A stretch of DNA of 64,000 nt from Paramecium tetraurelia (Eukaryota). Made by a program: the position numbers and the translations under genes. How positions within the stretch are numbered: the stretch's first letter is position 1; the number at the start of each line of letters is the position of its first letter. The stretch spans positions 1 through 64,000 of the forward strand of contig CT868274.1 of NCBI GenBank assembly GCA_000165425.1. The letters run 5' to 3'. The notes below the pieces were generated by a model. That model made no database searches. It was not told where the DNA came from and was given only the letters and a program-made list of their open reading frames with translations. This document shows, one piece after another, positions 1 to 13,805 of this stretch.

Positions 1-53
1 GCACTGGAGGACTATGTAAACAGGGACCTTACCCGATAACGAGCACATGATTA

Positions 54-83
54 CCCCAAAACCCAAACCCCAAACCCAAACCC
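54..83 (+). repeat. Telomeric repeat tract (Paramecium-type C4A2/C3A3-like), chromosome end
   Basis: ccccaaaacccaaaccccaaacccaaaccc at the very start of the scaffold, C-rich strand 5', preceded by apparent vector/low-quality sequence. Confidence 0.85.
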
Positions 84-273
84 TGTCAAAGGTCTCTTTA
101 AGTCGTAGATAATCAACAATTTCAGCTTTGTTTGGATTCGATTTACTACAAGACTTGCATAAAAGTCTTTAATCGTTTGATAACTTAGTATCTAGAATGA
201 CATATTCTATTGGTTGTTTATGATGTTTGCATAAAAATTCATTTTCTATTACTTTTGGTTGTAAAAATTACAT
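84..273 (-). pseudogene. 5' fragment of a gene with an N-terminal CxxH..CxxC Zn-finger-like motif, truncated by the telomere
   Basis: Table-6 translation from ATG 273: MQFLQPKVIENEFLCKHHKQPIEYVILDTKLSNDQRLLCKSCSKSNPNKAEIVDYLRLKETFD, then telomere repeats with no TGA; resembles the N-terminus of Paramecium WD40-family proteins. Confidence 0.7.
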
Positions 274-384
274 TAAATTAATTATTAAATATTTAATTTA
301 CATTAATATATTTTTATGATTGATTGTAATCTCCATTTATACATCTACACAAATATAAATCATTAATTGAATTGGTATTTTGAG

Positions 385-500
385 AGTATTAAGATTGTTT
401 TTATTAGTATTTAAGATTAATTATATTTATTATATTAAGATTATTTTTATTTATTTCTTAAGAGATTATTTATATTTATTTTATTAAGATTATTTTTATA
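385..500. repeat. Imperfect AT-rich subtelomeric minisatellite
   Basis: About five imperfect copies of a ttaagatt(a/g)tttttat-type core, ~24 bp apart. Confidence 0.4.
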
Positions 501-589
501 TTATCATTTTTAGCCCGCTAAAAATAAACGTTCAATATCTATGTATAAAATTAAAAACTCATAATTAATTAGGCAATATTATAAATACA

Positions 590-1390
590 ATGAATAAATA
601 TGAGACACAACATCAATCCGATGCCTTAGTAAACAAAAGATTAAATGGGATTCCTTTTTAGAGCCTTCCTTTTACAGATATTTTAATTCATTAATAGCAA
701 GTCTAAATTTGAGAATAACTCTTAAACTAATAAATGCATTTAAAATCAAATAATGTATTTCTAATTAATTTTCTTCTTAACATCAATTTCCTTTTAACGT
801 ATTCTTTTGCTCTTGAAGGGTTGATGGAATCTTTCAAAAAGAATCTGCCCTCAAACCTTTGCTAATAATCATTTTAGGATCAAAAGATTACTTATGATCA
901 AGATTTAATATCATAATACTATAATTTAACAACATCTTTGCTATATTCTTTCTTGTTAAGTATCATATTCTATTACATAAACAATTTAAATATCTTAATG
1001 ATTATTAATACTTTATATAATAACTAATTTTCACTGATTTCACTATCTAATTATTATCTGTGTAACCTGTTGTTATACTTTTATCTTTTTCAAAATCATG
1101 GCAAAATTCTACTTAAAAGATTTGTCAATGGGGTCTATTCTTTTCAACAAAAATAGCAAACGTAAGTTTAGGAACCAATTAGACGGACCCCTATTGTACT
1201 TGGAACTGTCGTTTTCTTTAGAAAAGACGTAGATATGTAGGCTTTACCAAACCCATTTATAAGAATTAATTCTTTGTTAGAAGAAATGATTTGCATTATT
1301 AACAAATTTTGCTAAATTTAATAATTCATCACTGAGTCAAAAGTAATAATGGGCTATCTCTGCCTTAGAATTATTGATGAATTCTTATGA
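590..1390 (+). pseudogene. Hypothetical, probably disrupted coding region
   Basis: Table-6 open frame from ~780 to TGA ~1390; the upstream ATG 590 frame meets TGA early; no recognisable motif. Confidence 0.25.
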
Positions 1391-1574
1391 TTATTCTAAC
1401 AGAACTTGAGACTTTTCTGATCAAATTATATTCCAAAAATGATTAGATTATAAATATATAAATTCAAAATATTTTAAATAAAACTAATCAAATGGAAACA
1501 AACATAATGAAAAAATGAAATTGGAAAAACAATTGGATTCAACAAATTAAAAAATAATGATAGATTATTAATAA

Positions 1575-4500
1575 TCATACTACTGTAAAAATCGACTTTT
1601 ATTTTCTTATAATTTAGTCCTATTTAATTCCAACACATTGTTTACATTACGATATATACTTATGTAATTGTTGATAAATATCAATAGCTAAAGTGACAAT
1701 GAGAATAATTGGGAAACCACCTACATTAATCCAACCTAAAACATCAGCTGAGTCTTTGTTTGAATTAAATTTGATAATATCGTAAACAGAAAAGATATTG
1801 CATTAATCATAATCATAATTTTCTGTGAAGAATATTTTCATATTTTCGAAATTATNNNNNNNNNNNNNNNNNNNNNNNNNNNNNNNNNNNNNNNNNNNNN
1901 NNNNNNNNNNNNNNNNNNNNNNNNNNNNNNNNNNNNNNNNNNNNNNNNNNNNNNNNNNNNNNNNNNNNNNNNNNNNNNNNNNNNNNNNNNNNNNNNNNNN
2001 NNNNNNNNNNNNNNNNNNNNNNNNNNNNNNNNNNNNNNNNNNNNNNNNNNNNNNNNNNNNNNNNNNNNNNNNNNNNNNNNNNNNNNNNNNNNNNNNNNNN
2101 NNNNNNNNNNNNNNNNNATTATTCCTCGCTAATGTTGTTTACGTTCAAACGTACTTGCTCAGAAAATTATAATAAGTACTCTTCATAATCATAGTTTGTT
2201 TTTTTGAGCTTAGTTAGAACAATCTTTGGTTGAATAATATAGCTACACAAACTAATATTATTTTCTTATTAGCATTTCCAATTTTATTCGACTTAACAAA
2301 TATCACTGCATCCATCATTATTCTAACTATTTCCGTCGTCACATTTTTCTAATTGTTCAATAAGGACACCATCCCCACAAATATTACGACATTATGACCC
2401 ATCTTCTATGTATCCATTCTCACATTGTAAACATAGTCCTTAGAAGCAATTAAGGCATTTTTAGTGACAAGAATAGGAACATTAATAACATCCATCAAAT
2501 TCAATATCATTTCCATCATCACAGAATTCTTTCCCAACTGTATGACTGTCCCCACATATTGAAATACACTAGCCATTAATCAATAACCATCCCTTTTTTT
2601 GACAATCTTCACATATCAAACCATTGCAAATATTGCATCCTTAGGGGCATTATATTTGGCATTTATAACAGCCATCATAAGGTAAATAATTGCCATCATC
2701 ACATTCTTCTTCTATACTAGATACAATACCATCTCCACAGAAATCCGTACATTGATTGGAAAAGCATTAATTTAGATAATCATCCCATATGCATTCACCG
2801 TTTTCACTATCAATTTTGCATGCCTCTTTTATTTAGTAATTTTGACAATTTTGTTTATTAGCACATCCTCCTCCTTATTTAACTGTGCAAGTTGGAAAAT
2901 AAGCATTGCATTCTTAATGTTTTATCAGAGAAGTTGATGCAGTTTTACAAGATTTTGTATAACATTTCTCATCAATCCAGACACAAGGATTGAGATTGAT
3001 ATCAAATGTACAACCATCAATAACACTAACATCTTCACAAGACATTCTAAAAACACATTAATAACCATTTGTAACACATTTTTTGCTTTAGAATATTGAA
3101 GCACAAGCCGAATCTATAGCATAATTATAATCAAAGCAATCTTTTATTCGACAACCACCTTTTTAACATGTAGAGAGAAATCCGATACAATCAGAATTAG
3201 TTTTGGCAAGTGAAGGCCCATTTTCACAAATCCTCTCTAAACAAATATTCTTCTCATCATTCCAGAAACATTCTACTCCACCTAAATTCATTTGTCCTTA
3301 ACTTTTGCATTGATGATATGGGTAGTTCATGCACAAAGATTGACCAATCACGCATCCATCCAAATTTTCATTTACAGTACAAGATTTTCCAAAATATTAA
3401 TTACAATTATGAACTGAATATATAAGTAATTGTGCAGTTGAACAATCCTTTATTTTACATTTATTTTAATTCATCATCCATTAACATTCTACATTATTTG
3501 AATCGATTTAGCATTATTCTTTTATTGAATAACTACCACAAACATTTAATTATTGACATCCATCTAAAGTTGAATTAACTGTACAAGAATTTAATTTTTA
3601 GTTACACTTTTCATGTGTTGTATATTATAAAATTGAACATGTTAAATTAACACACTTGCTTAATGATTCTTAATAGAAGCATTCATTTCCAGATTAATCT
3701 TTAAAACATTAAGTTTTCTTTGCAAAAGAACAAGCAATTGGAAGGTCTACACATTGAATTATATCTAGTTTGACAGTGCAACTCTTATTTAAATAATAGG
3801 ATTCGCATAGTTAATGAGTTTTATTTGAAATATCAGCTTAGGTGCAATCTTCTAAGCATCGATTATTATTGCTATTATATTAACAGTTAATCAACCAACT
3901 ACTGCAATCGTCCTGGCTAATTGAAGGAGTTGGCTTATTTGAACATGTTTTTTCTATGCATTTAGTACCTTCCCAAAAGCATGGGATGCCTTATGAGTTG
4001 CTAGTATTTAAACACTAAGTGCCATTAGAGTACTTGTTACATTCCATAATAATTTAACAATTTTAACCATCCCAAAAACACTTTGTAGTAAAAATTGAGC
4101 AATCTGACAATATTGTTAACTATGAGCAATCTAGAGGCTGACATCCTAAGTTATCTAATGACATATAAGAATCCTTCCAACTATGGCATGATGAATGTGT
4201 ATAGGTAGATATTAATTAAACCGCAGCTTCATAATACCATATACATGCATTAGAATACCAATAACAGTCTATACCATCTATCGTACTTACGCAAGCCTCT
4301 TAATATTTGTAATCTGAGCATTATTATTACTTGACTATGCACTTTGGGTTTATTATAAAGTTGATTGTTTATAAGACATTATTACTGTAGCAATCTTAAT
4401 GTGATTTAGGTGAAGTCATCATACTTAAATTGCAGTATGCATTCTAAGTACATTGAAGGAAATTAATTGCACACCAATAACATTTTAAGACTAGATATTG

Positions 4501-7500
4501 ATAAACGCCATAACTTTTTTCACAATCTGATTATACATTATACTCTAAGCACTCCATGTGTGTGCAGTTGGAACTGACCCATTTACATTTTGCACCATTT
4601 GCTAATTGCGCTTAACTACATATTGCTTCATTTTTAATTTGATCACAACTTATAAAAGCACATCCTAAGCCTTTAGTATAATTAAATCTACAAAATGTGC
4701 TATTACTTAATAAGCATTCCCGATTCGTTACTGCAGTTGTGTTAAGACCACAATTAACATAAGAAACACATTTACCATCTTACCAATAGCATTAATATGA
4801 ATAACATTGTTAAATAAGACCAATTTTTGTACAATCATTGTTGTAACTTATACAACTAGTAGCACCTAAAACACATTCACTCTTCCACTAATAGCAAATT
4901 AATTCTGAAATGCCTTAATCGGATGTTAATTGTTCGCATTCTCTGTATCCGCAAACATTAGACTATTAATTATATTGACATTAATTTCCAAAGTAATCCG
5001 TTGATTAATTACAAAGCGATTATGGGGCAAAGTCACAAGAAACAATTAACTTACAGCAGTGACACTCTGTATTATAGATGAGGGATGTTGAAATATCATT
5101 ACATTAATTCAAACCGTCGAAAGTGGTGTCTAAAGGAGTTAAACTTTCAAAGATGTACTTTTGGACTAGAGTGCAAATGTCTTAACAATGAAGACAATCC
5201 CTCGTTAATTCACATTATTATCCAAAAAATGTTTTCCGGAAACAATTTTCAGCATTTATTTTATCAGAACAGCGAATATTACGAAAACATCCTTGCAAAA
5301 AGCTGCATCTAGAATTACTTCTCATAATTGCATTGTTGCAAACGCTACTCGTCAAATCACCACACTCATAAATAGAATAACATCCTTATCCACTTGATTA
5401 AAGAACACAATTGGGATTATATAATTAACAAAACTCATTACTTTGACTTTCAGTAATTTGTTCACAATATTTTGATAGTATTACCATGCAGAAGGAACTA
5501 TGAAAATAGCATTTTTCATTTTAAGTTGTTAGAGTTAACTTACATATTAAAGGATCAGTAATTTCTTAACAACTTTTGGGTCTATTTTCACATCCAGGCC
5601 CGTAAGTCCCTTCAGAATTAATTTTTAATTGGCATTCATTATTCTGTCTGAACATTAAACATTCAGACTCCGTTTAAGATGTTGAATTATCAGCACAAAC
5701 TACATCTTCACATATTTATTTCAAATCATTCCATTTGCAAGGTTATTAATAGGAATTAATTATACACTATTATTGATATTTATAATTGCAATAATCTGAA
5801 AGTTATCTGCAGGATAAGGTAATCTAATTTAATGTGCATTTAGGCATGAAGTCCTCACAATCCTGATGAGTTAGTTCTCCATTAAGTCTCTTATGACAAT
5901 CAACAACTCCATTATTATCTTCATCCTCGTTCATGCACTTGTTTTCTTTATCATCCCAATAACACAAATAGCCAGATAGAGTTGTCTTACAATTTCTTCG
6001 CTTGATGTACTCATAACATGTTTCTTTCTTCCTTTCACATCCTTCAGCAGTAAAATTAGAAACCACAGTACAATTTTGATTCCTTGCATAACATTCTACA
6101 TGATTGTTATACATAACAACATTTGGAGAAGATGAACAAGCAACTTAATTAATTCTATCTATGCATCCACCCAAAGAATGGTCAAAAATACAATTACTAG
6201 ACCAATTGTTACATTAAACATTATTGGTGTAATAAAGTTTCGGAGCATCTGAACATTCTTATTGTTTACAATAAGTACCAGTCCAAAAACACTTTGTTCC
6301 ATTTTGTATATTCAATTAACACTGTTATTGACTTTTCATTTCAGTACAATTAGTGGGCCATTAGTAACATCCAACTCCAGAAGGTCCAATAATGCAAGGT
6401 CCAGATAACACCTTAAATTATTTGCAATCTTCGTTTGTTAAATACAAACTTGGACTGGCATCTTAACAAAGTTGATTAATACATTTTTAACTACTTCCAT
6501 TCCATTTACACATATGTCCTGAAAGTGTTGATTAACATTGTTCTTAAACTGCAAGTTCACAAATACTTCTTTTATCTACGCATCCAATCAAGATTTTTTA
6601 ATTTGATAAAACTTATACATTAACTGTACATTTTGGCATCCACCCTTCACATTTAGAGTTTGTATCCAAAGTTGGATGAGCAGTCATACATTTCTTCTCT
6701 ATGCATCCTTAATTCTATGTGCAAATTTAACCATTTGAATCAATTGTACAATCTTCTATCTCTAAAACATTTTCACATGTATACTCTGTACAACCTAAAG
6801 AGTTTAAATTAAAAGTGCAATATGAACTTTCCTTTTAGCATGCTTTATGATTATTATAGGTTGGCAATTTCAATTTCTTACATTCTAATGATTCGCATAC
6901 GCCTTTGACCCAAATGCACCTTTCTTTATTATAGGTGAATTCACAAAACTAGTCCTGCAATATTTCCTCACATAAATTAGGTGTCTGTTAACATCCCCCA
7001 TTTAATTTCCCCATACAATTCCCATATCCCTAACAATCTTTATGAGTATAATGAGCCTGAGCATGGTAACATTATCTTTATTCGCATTTTTTTTTATACC
7101 ACACACAATCTTATTATTCTAATGAATAGCAATCCATTTCATAAACATACCCATCGCAAGTTGCAGGTCGAATTTTACATCCTTTGTTTTCTGAAGTAAC
7201 ACAATCCAATAAATTGTCATAATCCTAACATTATTGATAATTAGTAAGTGACTCTGGAGCAGTGTTGCAACTCTTGATTTTACATTGATTTTTATGATAG
7301 TCACATTTTTAACCCAAAATATCAGTGACACATCCAACTTTATTCTAAACATCACTACACTGCCTCCTTAATACACAATGGACTCCATTAGTTGTACATT
7401 AACTTAAATTTGACTTACATTCATAATCCTCAGTAAATGGTAGATTTTCACACACCTTTTCAACACATTTATTATTTTTTGAATCCCAAAAACAATTATC

Positions 7501-8130
7501 TTTTCTTGATTTGCTTTCAAAGCATTAAAAATTATTCACATATTGTGCACAAGATTCCATTTATTCAGTACATCCATAACCTTTCTCGCTTATTGTGCAT
7601 CCATCAAACCCTGACTTACACATTGTATGATTGTTTAAATATGAAGGTAATAATTTACACATTGTGACATCTGTGCATTTTTTCTCCGTCCCCCAAATCC
7701 AAACACAGTATTTGCCATACTAATTTTTATTCGAGCAGGCATTCTCCGTTTTATAATCACTACATTCTTACATTTGTACACACTTTTAACCATCAGAGAC
7801 ACATTTATATGATGATTCTTAACAATTATCTTTATCGAAGATGTTGCAATCTACAAAGTCAATACATAAACCATAATAAAAGCCACATTACTCTAATTCT
7901 CGGCAATCCTCTTGAGCATAGTTTTTGCATGGATTCTAATTTTTAATCTTTGAATTGTATGTTTTTCCAGAACCTAAAACACAATATTCATTTTCCCAGA
8001 TGCAAACACCAGAGTTTTTGCAGTCTTTTTAGCTTTGTATATGCCTGCAAATGCATGTTTTGGAAATTTCTGAACTACTTATTAAACAAAATTGGAGCAA
8101 CAAAAGAAAATAAAATCTGTTGAATAACAT
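1575..8130 (-). CDS. Giant Cys-rich surface/membrane protein (signal peptide, surface-antigen-like Cys periodicity, CGDG..CDDGN..DGC repeats, C-terminal TM segment); spans the assembly gap
   Basis: Starts MLFNRFYFLLLLQFCLISSSEISKTCICRH; many C-x-W Cys repeats; CGDGIVSSIEECDDGNYLPYDGC-type repeats at ~2290-2760; ends VLGWINVGGFPIILIVTLAIDIY...IFTVV*TGA at 1575; continuity across the Ns is assumed. Confidence 0.85.
1856..2117. other. Assembly gap (N run)
   Basis: Run of N characters. Confidence 1.
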
Positions 8131-8497
8131 TTTTATGTTTTTTTTTTATTCGTATATGATACTCTTTATTCTTATTTTTGTAGTCCTAATTTTAGAAATA
8201 AAATATCTTAAAAACTATTGAAAAGTTTTACTTTTAATCAAAATTCATATCACCTCATAGATTTTTAGAATTTCAATGAATTTAATCAAAATGTCTTGGC
8301 TGAAAAAAAATGGCTTACATTTAGGATGATTTGTAGACTTCTTTGAAATAAACATAATATTTAGAATATATTCTTTGAATCCTATTTAAATTACTTAGAA
8401 TGAGCCAATTTAGGCAATTCATACAACATTTAGAAAAATTTTAATTATAGATTAACAATTATTTATGTTCAATAAATTTTAATCAAAATAGATAAAA

Positions 8498-8567
8498 ACA
8501 AACCCGAAGACTTGAACTCAGATCTTTGTCTACCGATGACAACGTTTTACCTCTGAACTACTTGATG
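8498..8567 (-). ncRNA. tRNA-like element / tRNA pseudogene (nominal anticodon CGG)
   Basis: Minus strand: TAGTTCAGAGGTAAAAC (A-box/D-arm), TTGTC-ATCGGTA-GACAA (perfect 5-bp stem, 7-nt loop), GAGTTCAAGTC (B-box), then TTTTT; acceptor stem does not pair. Confidence 0.55.
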
Positions 8568-8706
8568 TAAACTTAATCTAATAATAAAAAAGATTACTTT
8601 TGATTGTTTTAAAGTTTGTGTCATTTCTTAATCATTTTGAATATGAGGTTGCTTAGTTAATTAGAGTTATCTATTTAAGCTTGTTTTTATCATAATTTCA
8701 AAATTT

Positions 8707-10830
8707 ATGCAGTGCTTACTTTTTGTGTTAAAATCAGAAACCCTCATTAAGAAATGTATCACCAATGATGTTTTTGTAATTAAGTAATGAGCAGTTGTCT
8801 TTTTATAAAATAATATATCTTCAAAATTTAGGTAAAATGTGATTATACTCTACATGTGGGTAAGAGGACTTTTAGAAATTCTATTATTGTTCAGGGTTGT
8901 CATAAAACTAGCAACAATTATCCGTTTATTATCATCAAAGGAATTTATTAGTTACTGTTCAAAAAGTTATTATATGATTCCTGTTGGTGTAATTATAGCA
9001 GTGTTTAAATAATTACAGTATGCTGGAAAATTTATTGATAACATTTGATCAAGGATTGTAGCGATAGGCAATTTGATCCTAGTTTATTAATTAAGTAAGT
9101 TAATTCTAACCCTTGTATTTAAATAGAGCAACCTATCAAATATAAACAACACTTATATTTTGATGGATCCGATCAATCATAAATTAATAAAATTAATTTA
9201 TAGACAATAAAAACCTTTTTCTAGTAATTTGGTAAGGTTTTCAATTCTCAATGTTAATAAACTATAAATAAATTATTCAAATTAAGTTTCTAATAATTTG
9301 CAAGAGTTTAATTCATTCGCAAAAGCTTTTTATTTGCAATGGCAATTTTCTATTAAATAATACATTTGATTAAGTCATCTTTTGAAGTACTATTACTATA
9401 AAGGTAGCATGACGAATAAAGTGCTATATATATATAGTTAAAAACTAATTAATTAGATTAATTCAACCATCAATGTGTTAGTTAGCCTAAAGTTTAGAAC
9501 AAGAGGTTTTCAAATCAATATTAAAATTTGGTCACAAAATATTATGAAAATATGATCAACCAATAGTCACTTCATATTAAAAATAAACATGATAAATTTA
9601 ATATAATTAATAAAAGGAAAAATATTACATATCAAGCAATCAATATAAACTATTATTTATTAATTGTTTTTTTTACACTCCAATCTAATGCCTTTTTGCA
9701 TAATTGTTATACTGTAGGGATTTTTTCGGTTTTCAAATTTACAAATGGCAAAACTTGGCTAATGAACTTCAAATGAGAAATTTACTAATACCTACCTATT
9801 TTGAATAATTAAATTGTCTTCACGCTAAATCTCAAATTTTATTACTTTATAAAGCTTGAAATAAACTACATTGTTCTAACTAAAGCATATCTGTTTGACC
9901 GATGTACTTTTTATAGTGATATCATGAATGGATCGTAGATATCAATTGATTTATAATATGTTATTTTTAAGTTATTTATACATGGTGAGAATATCTTATA
10001 ATACAAGTTAAGGATATATTTCACCTAGAAATATCGTCGTTTCCAGGGTATAATGCTACCCATCATGTAAATCATGCAAAAGTCCAAATACAATGAATGT
10101 ACAATTAGGTTTTATTGAATCCTAACAAACAATTTATGCACCTTGTCCAATTAATAAATACTCTTAGAAGAACTAAGCATGCAGAAACATTTGTGATGTA
10201 TAGTTCCTTGTATATACCAACGAGTTTTGACAATATTATCCAAGTAATTATTTCTAATAAAATGCCCTAGTAAATGATAGAATAAGGTCAAATTAGTTAT
10301 TTTGTTATTTCAACTGACCATTTGAGATGGAATATAATATACAACTTAAAGCGTGTAGTTCTGCCTTTAAACTATTAAAACAATTTAATATAGCTTATGG
10401 AATGTTTAAGTTGAATTCTCTATAAATATTTCTAATTATTGTCTGTTTTCGGTATTCAACCTATTTAATTTGGATTCAAAATTTAAATTATTGCTTACAA
10501 TAATATTCCAAAGAATTGTGAAAAATAGTTTAATATTACAAACTGATTAACTCTAGATATTAATCTAGAGTTTGGTTATTGTGTGAAGTAGAGCAAGCAT
10601 ATATTTTATTTATTTAAATATAAGACTTGTAAAAGTGGTTACTATTTAAGTCGAGATGGTATCATAATATTAGGGTTAGGTTTATTTATATTTGTATTTC
10701 AAGTTGCTTATCTCCATAAAAATTAGGCTCTTATTGTTAGGATTAAGATGAGGAAATATCTTGTAATAGTTATCATACTTTATAAACTTTTAATATTTGA
10801 TTAAAGATTATGAGGGTACAGACTTCCCAT
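8707..10830 (+). pseudogene. Decayed furin-like Cys-rich surface protein gene
   Basis: CYPSCKSCKSP (10054-10086) continues as YNECT only after a frameshift; CPINKYSQKNQACRNICDVQFLVYTNEF* has TGA at 10228-10230; many other stops; boundaries approximate. Confidence 0.6.
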
Positions 10831-10999
10831 TTCTTTTGATTATAAAAACAAAAATTGAAATCTATGATGTTTAAGATAAGTATAATAAATTATCATCATC
10901 AAAAACTATAAGAATTTTTAGAAAATTCTAAAAAATTCTAAGATTTATTTATAGGTCTAAGGTCAATTTGATTTATTATCTAATTAATTTTTTAACTTT

Positions 11000-12800
11000 T
11001 GTATAAATTTAATATCGTATTTTTAGTGCCATTTGCATTTTACAAAGAGCACCTCCAAGCAGATCATGCATTTTTAGTTATTTATTTGATTTTTTCATTT
11101 ACAATACAAGTTAATTGAGGATAGTGTGTCTGTCATTAATTAACCAATTGGAAACTTGTGAATCATTGTTTGTGAGTTAAAATAAATTTAGGTTGAGAAA
11201 ATTAAGGACTGGGTGTACATTTCACTATTTACTCGTATCTTGTAGTTCAATCTTTTTTCAACTGACGACTCAAAATAATTAAAAGGAGAAAGTATTTTGA
11301 AGGAGAAAAGGAGTGAGATATTACAATTCCAATTAAAACATATTTTTTATATTCATAAACATATGATTAATCTGAATGAACATCTCTTTTTAGAATTATT
11401 ATGGCATTAAAAATTCTTTATTGTTGCAGTTTTTAACAGACAGAACACTCTCTTGATTAATCTATTTTGAATAGATGAGCCAAGTTAGACTCTATCTATA
11501 TAGTTTGAACTAATAGATTTTGCGATGATATTAAAGAAACTTGAAATTTGGTACTTTTCAAGTCTAGTTATGTTCACAAAATTATTTGTATTATTATAGA
11601 AGTAATTTGATCAAAGATGGAAGTCATTTTCTACTTTTATTTTTTCAACATACAAAATAGAATGTAATGTTATTTTTGAAATTCAGACACATTAGGCATA
11701 GTTAAAATTTCAATTCTTTAATCACAACAAATTTAATCAATTATGAGGATCTAAGCCATCCTTTAAGATCTCAGACTGTTTTGGAGGCTAATTGATTATT
11801 TTCATTAGTTTTCAATCATATCATTAATGCAATCCAGCGTTTTGATTTCTTTTAGAGTATGCTTGGTTCATACTTTGTTTCTATGATAGTAATGGCTGAT
11901 TTGTTGTAAACTACCTTGATGAAGTTTCAAATAAATCCTTAGTAATTGGATTATTTATTATGAGAAGATAAACTGTTCTCCTTAATTTTATTGAATTATT
12001 TGTTGTTTAGTGCTAGGAAGAACAACCAACATTAACTACCAACTAACGGATGAATTTAAAATAATACAATAATTTAAACAGAGAAAGGGAATAGTGCCAT
12101 TATTTTGATATTGGTTAGGCTAATTGCAGGATGAAAAATATTATGATCATTGGAATTCAACACCTTTAGGATAAACTGTTTTAATTGGATGGCAACCTTA
12201 AATTAATAAGAGAAGAGCTAATATTTTCTTTCTCGCTTATTATAAATATTTGAAAAATAATGAATCCTATAGAATATAAGGAATAATTCTATAGTTCGAA
12301 TTATTAATCTTAAAAATTGAAACCATTATCATCCTAGAGTAAAAAATTGGATTGTGATGATGTGGATTTCAGAAATAATATTGAATTTTAATCATTTTGA
12401 TAGAGGGAAAGTTTCTAGCTAGAACCATACATAATGGAATCTAAACTTATTGAAAAACAATCATCCTTTGGCAGAATTTAAGTATTTTCCATTAAGAAAC
12501 TAAAGGTTATGGAGTTTTCAAGAAATATAATTTACTAAAAACTAAGAAAAGTTCAATCGGTAGATAAGTTAACCAGATCATCAAGGTGAGACTTGAACTT
12601 TTAGGGTACCTAATAGATATACACGAAATGCAAATCAAAAATGAGCTAAAATAAAGACCAACCTATTTGGATCATATTTCTTTTTTCGATGTAAATTTAT
12701 TGCAAGGAGTATAAGTATAAAATAAATTTAATTATATATTTATAAGCATAAAGAAAGGAGAAATATAATTCGAAAAAACTTATCAAATAGGTAGGTGATA
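11000..12800 (+). pseudogene. Heavily decayed WD40-family-like gene remnant
   Basis: Scattered fragments (VAVFNRQNTLLI ~11420; EDKTV-like ~11960; EIQ..K.YQ-like end ~12760) resembling Paramecium WD40 family; multiple stops and frameshifts. Confidence 0.3.
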
Positions 12801-13746
12801 TAATAATAAAGTGAAAAACTTGGAAATTTCAAATAATGAAAGAGGATGTATAATAAAAATTCAAATAAACAATAGATTTTTGAGGATTAAGTTTGGAATT
12901 ACCATTGACTCCCCCTTAAAAAAAGATCGCTAGTCATAATTCAATTTTATATATTTAATCGAGGTTAAAATTTTCATAACCTAATTCAAAATTCAAAATG
13001 ATCTTTTAATAGTAGAAAAGGTAAGTGAATGAGGATCAATATCAATACTTTGTTAGGTATCTATTTATTTAATTTAGCATCCTGAAAAAGTAAGGAATAC
13101 CCAGAATTAATTTCCTGATGATAAACTCAAAATTAATTATAGATTCTATTAACAACAAAAATATGTTATCATCCTCTTAATAGAAATTCCAGCTTTTTAT
13201 AAATTTACTTTATACTCATCAATATGGTTTCAAAGAGTTTTCAAGTCACCTTGTGAAAAAATTGTCAATCTTTCTCTTAAATTTATAAATCAATTCGTAT
13301 TTTTAATTTGAATTAAAATGTCGATATATGATATTTCTCTTTTATTGGTAAGCCATAAAACCTAATTCTTCAGTTGTTTATCGAGTATTGGGCATTTTTC
13401 AGCATAATTAGATTAAGTTATTTACTATCAAATTAAGTTGTGCCAATTAAATAAGGAAAATAGAAAATTATATACTCCTATGGTTGAATCACGGATTGGA
13501 GAACTATGATTAAGCTTTTTCTTTTCCATTATCAAATATCAGCATTTTTTATTTTCAATCATCACATAGGTTTGCAATCAAGCCATAAATTTGAACTTTG
13601 TTTAAATTATAAAAAATACTAAAAAAATAATTAAAATAATTTCCCTAATCTCATTATTTAACTCACAATAATTCAACATATTTCTTATAAACATAAGGAA
13701 ATCTGATGAGAATTTATTTTTGAATTTATTATATATAAAATATATT

Positions 13747-13805
13747 TAGTATCCAAAACCATTTGCAATTTTAAATAAGAATATATAGTATCCAAAACCA
13801 TTTGC
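13747..13805. repeat. 20-bp perfect direct repeat TAGTATCCAAAACCATTTGC x2
   Basis: Copies at 13747-13766 and 13786-13805, at the boundary of a GC-richer island. Confidence 0.9.

Noticed and set aside
1..53. GC-balanced sequence outside the telomere
   Set aside because: Ends in CATGATTAC, as in the lacZ-alpha start of common cloning vectors; likely low-quality vector read, not genomic
1825..2172. 115-aa ORF in the track
   Set aside because: Artefact of the N gap
10228..10230. In-frame TGA at a probable Cys position as possible selenocysteine or readthrough
   Set aside because: The surrounding region has frameshifts and many other stops, so pseudogene decay is simpler; no SECIS identified
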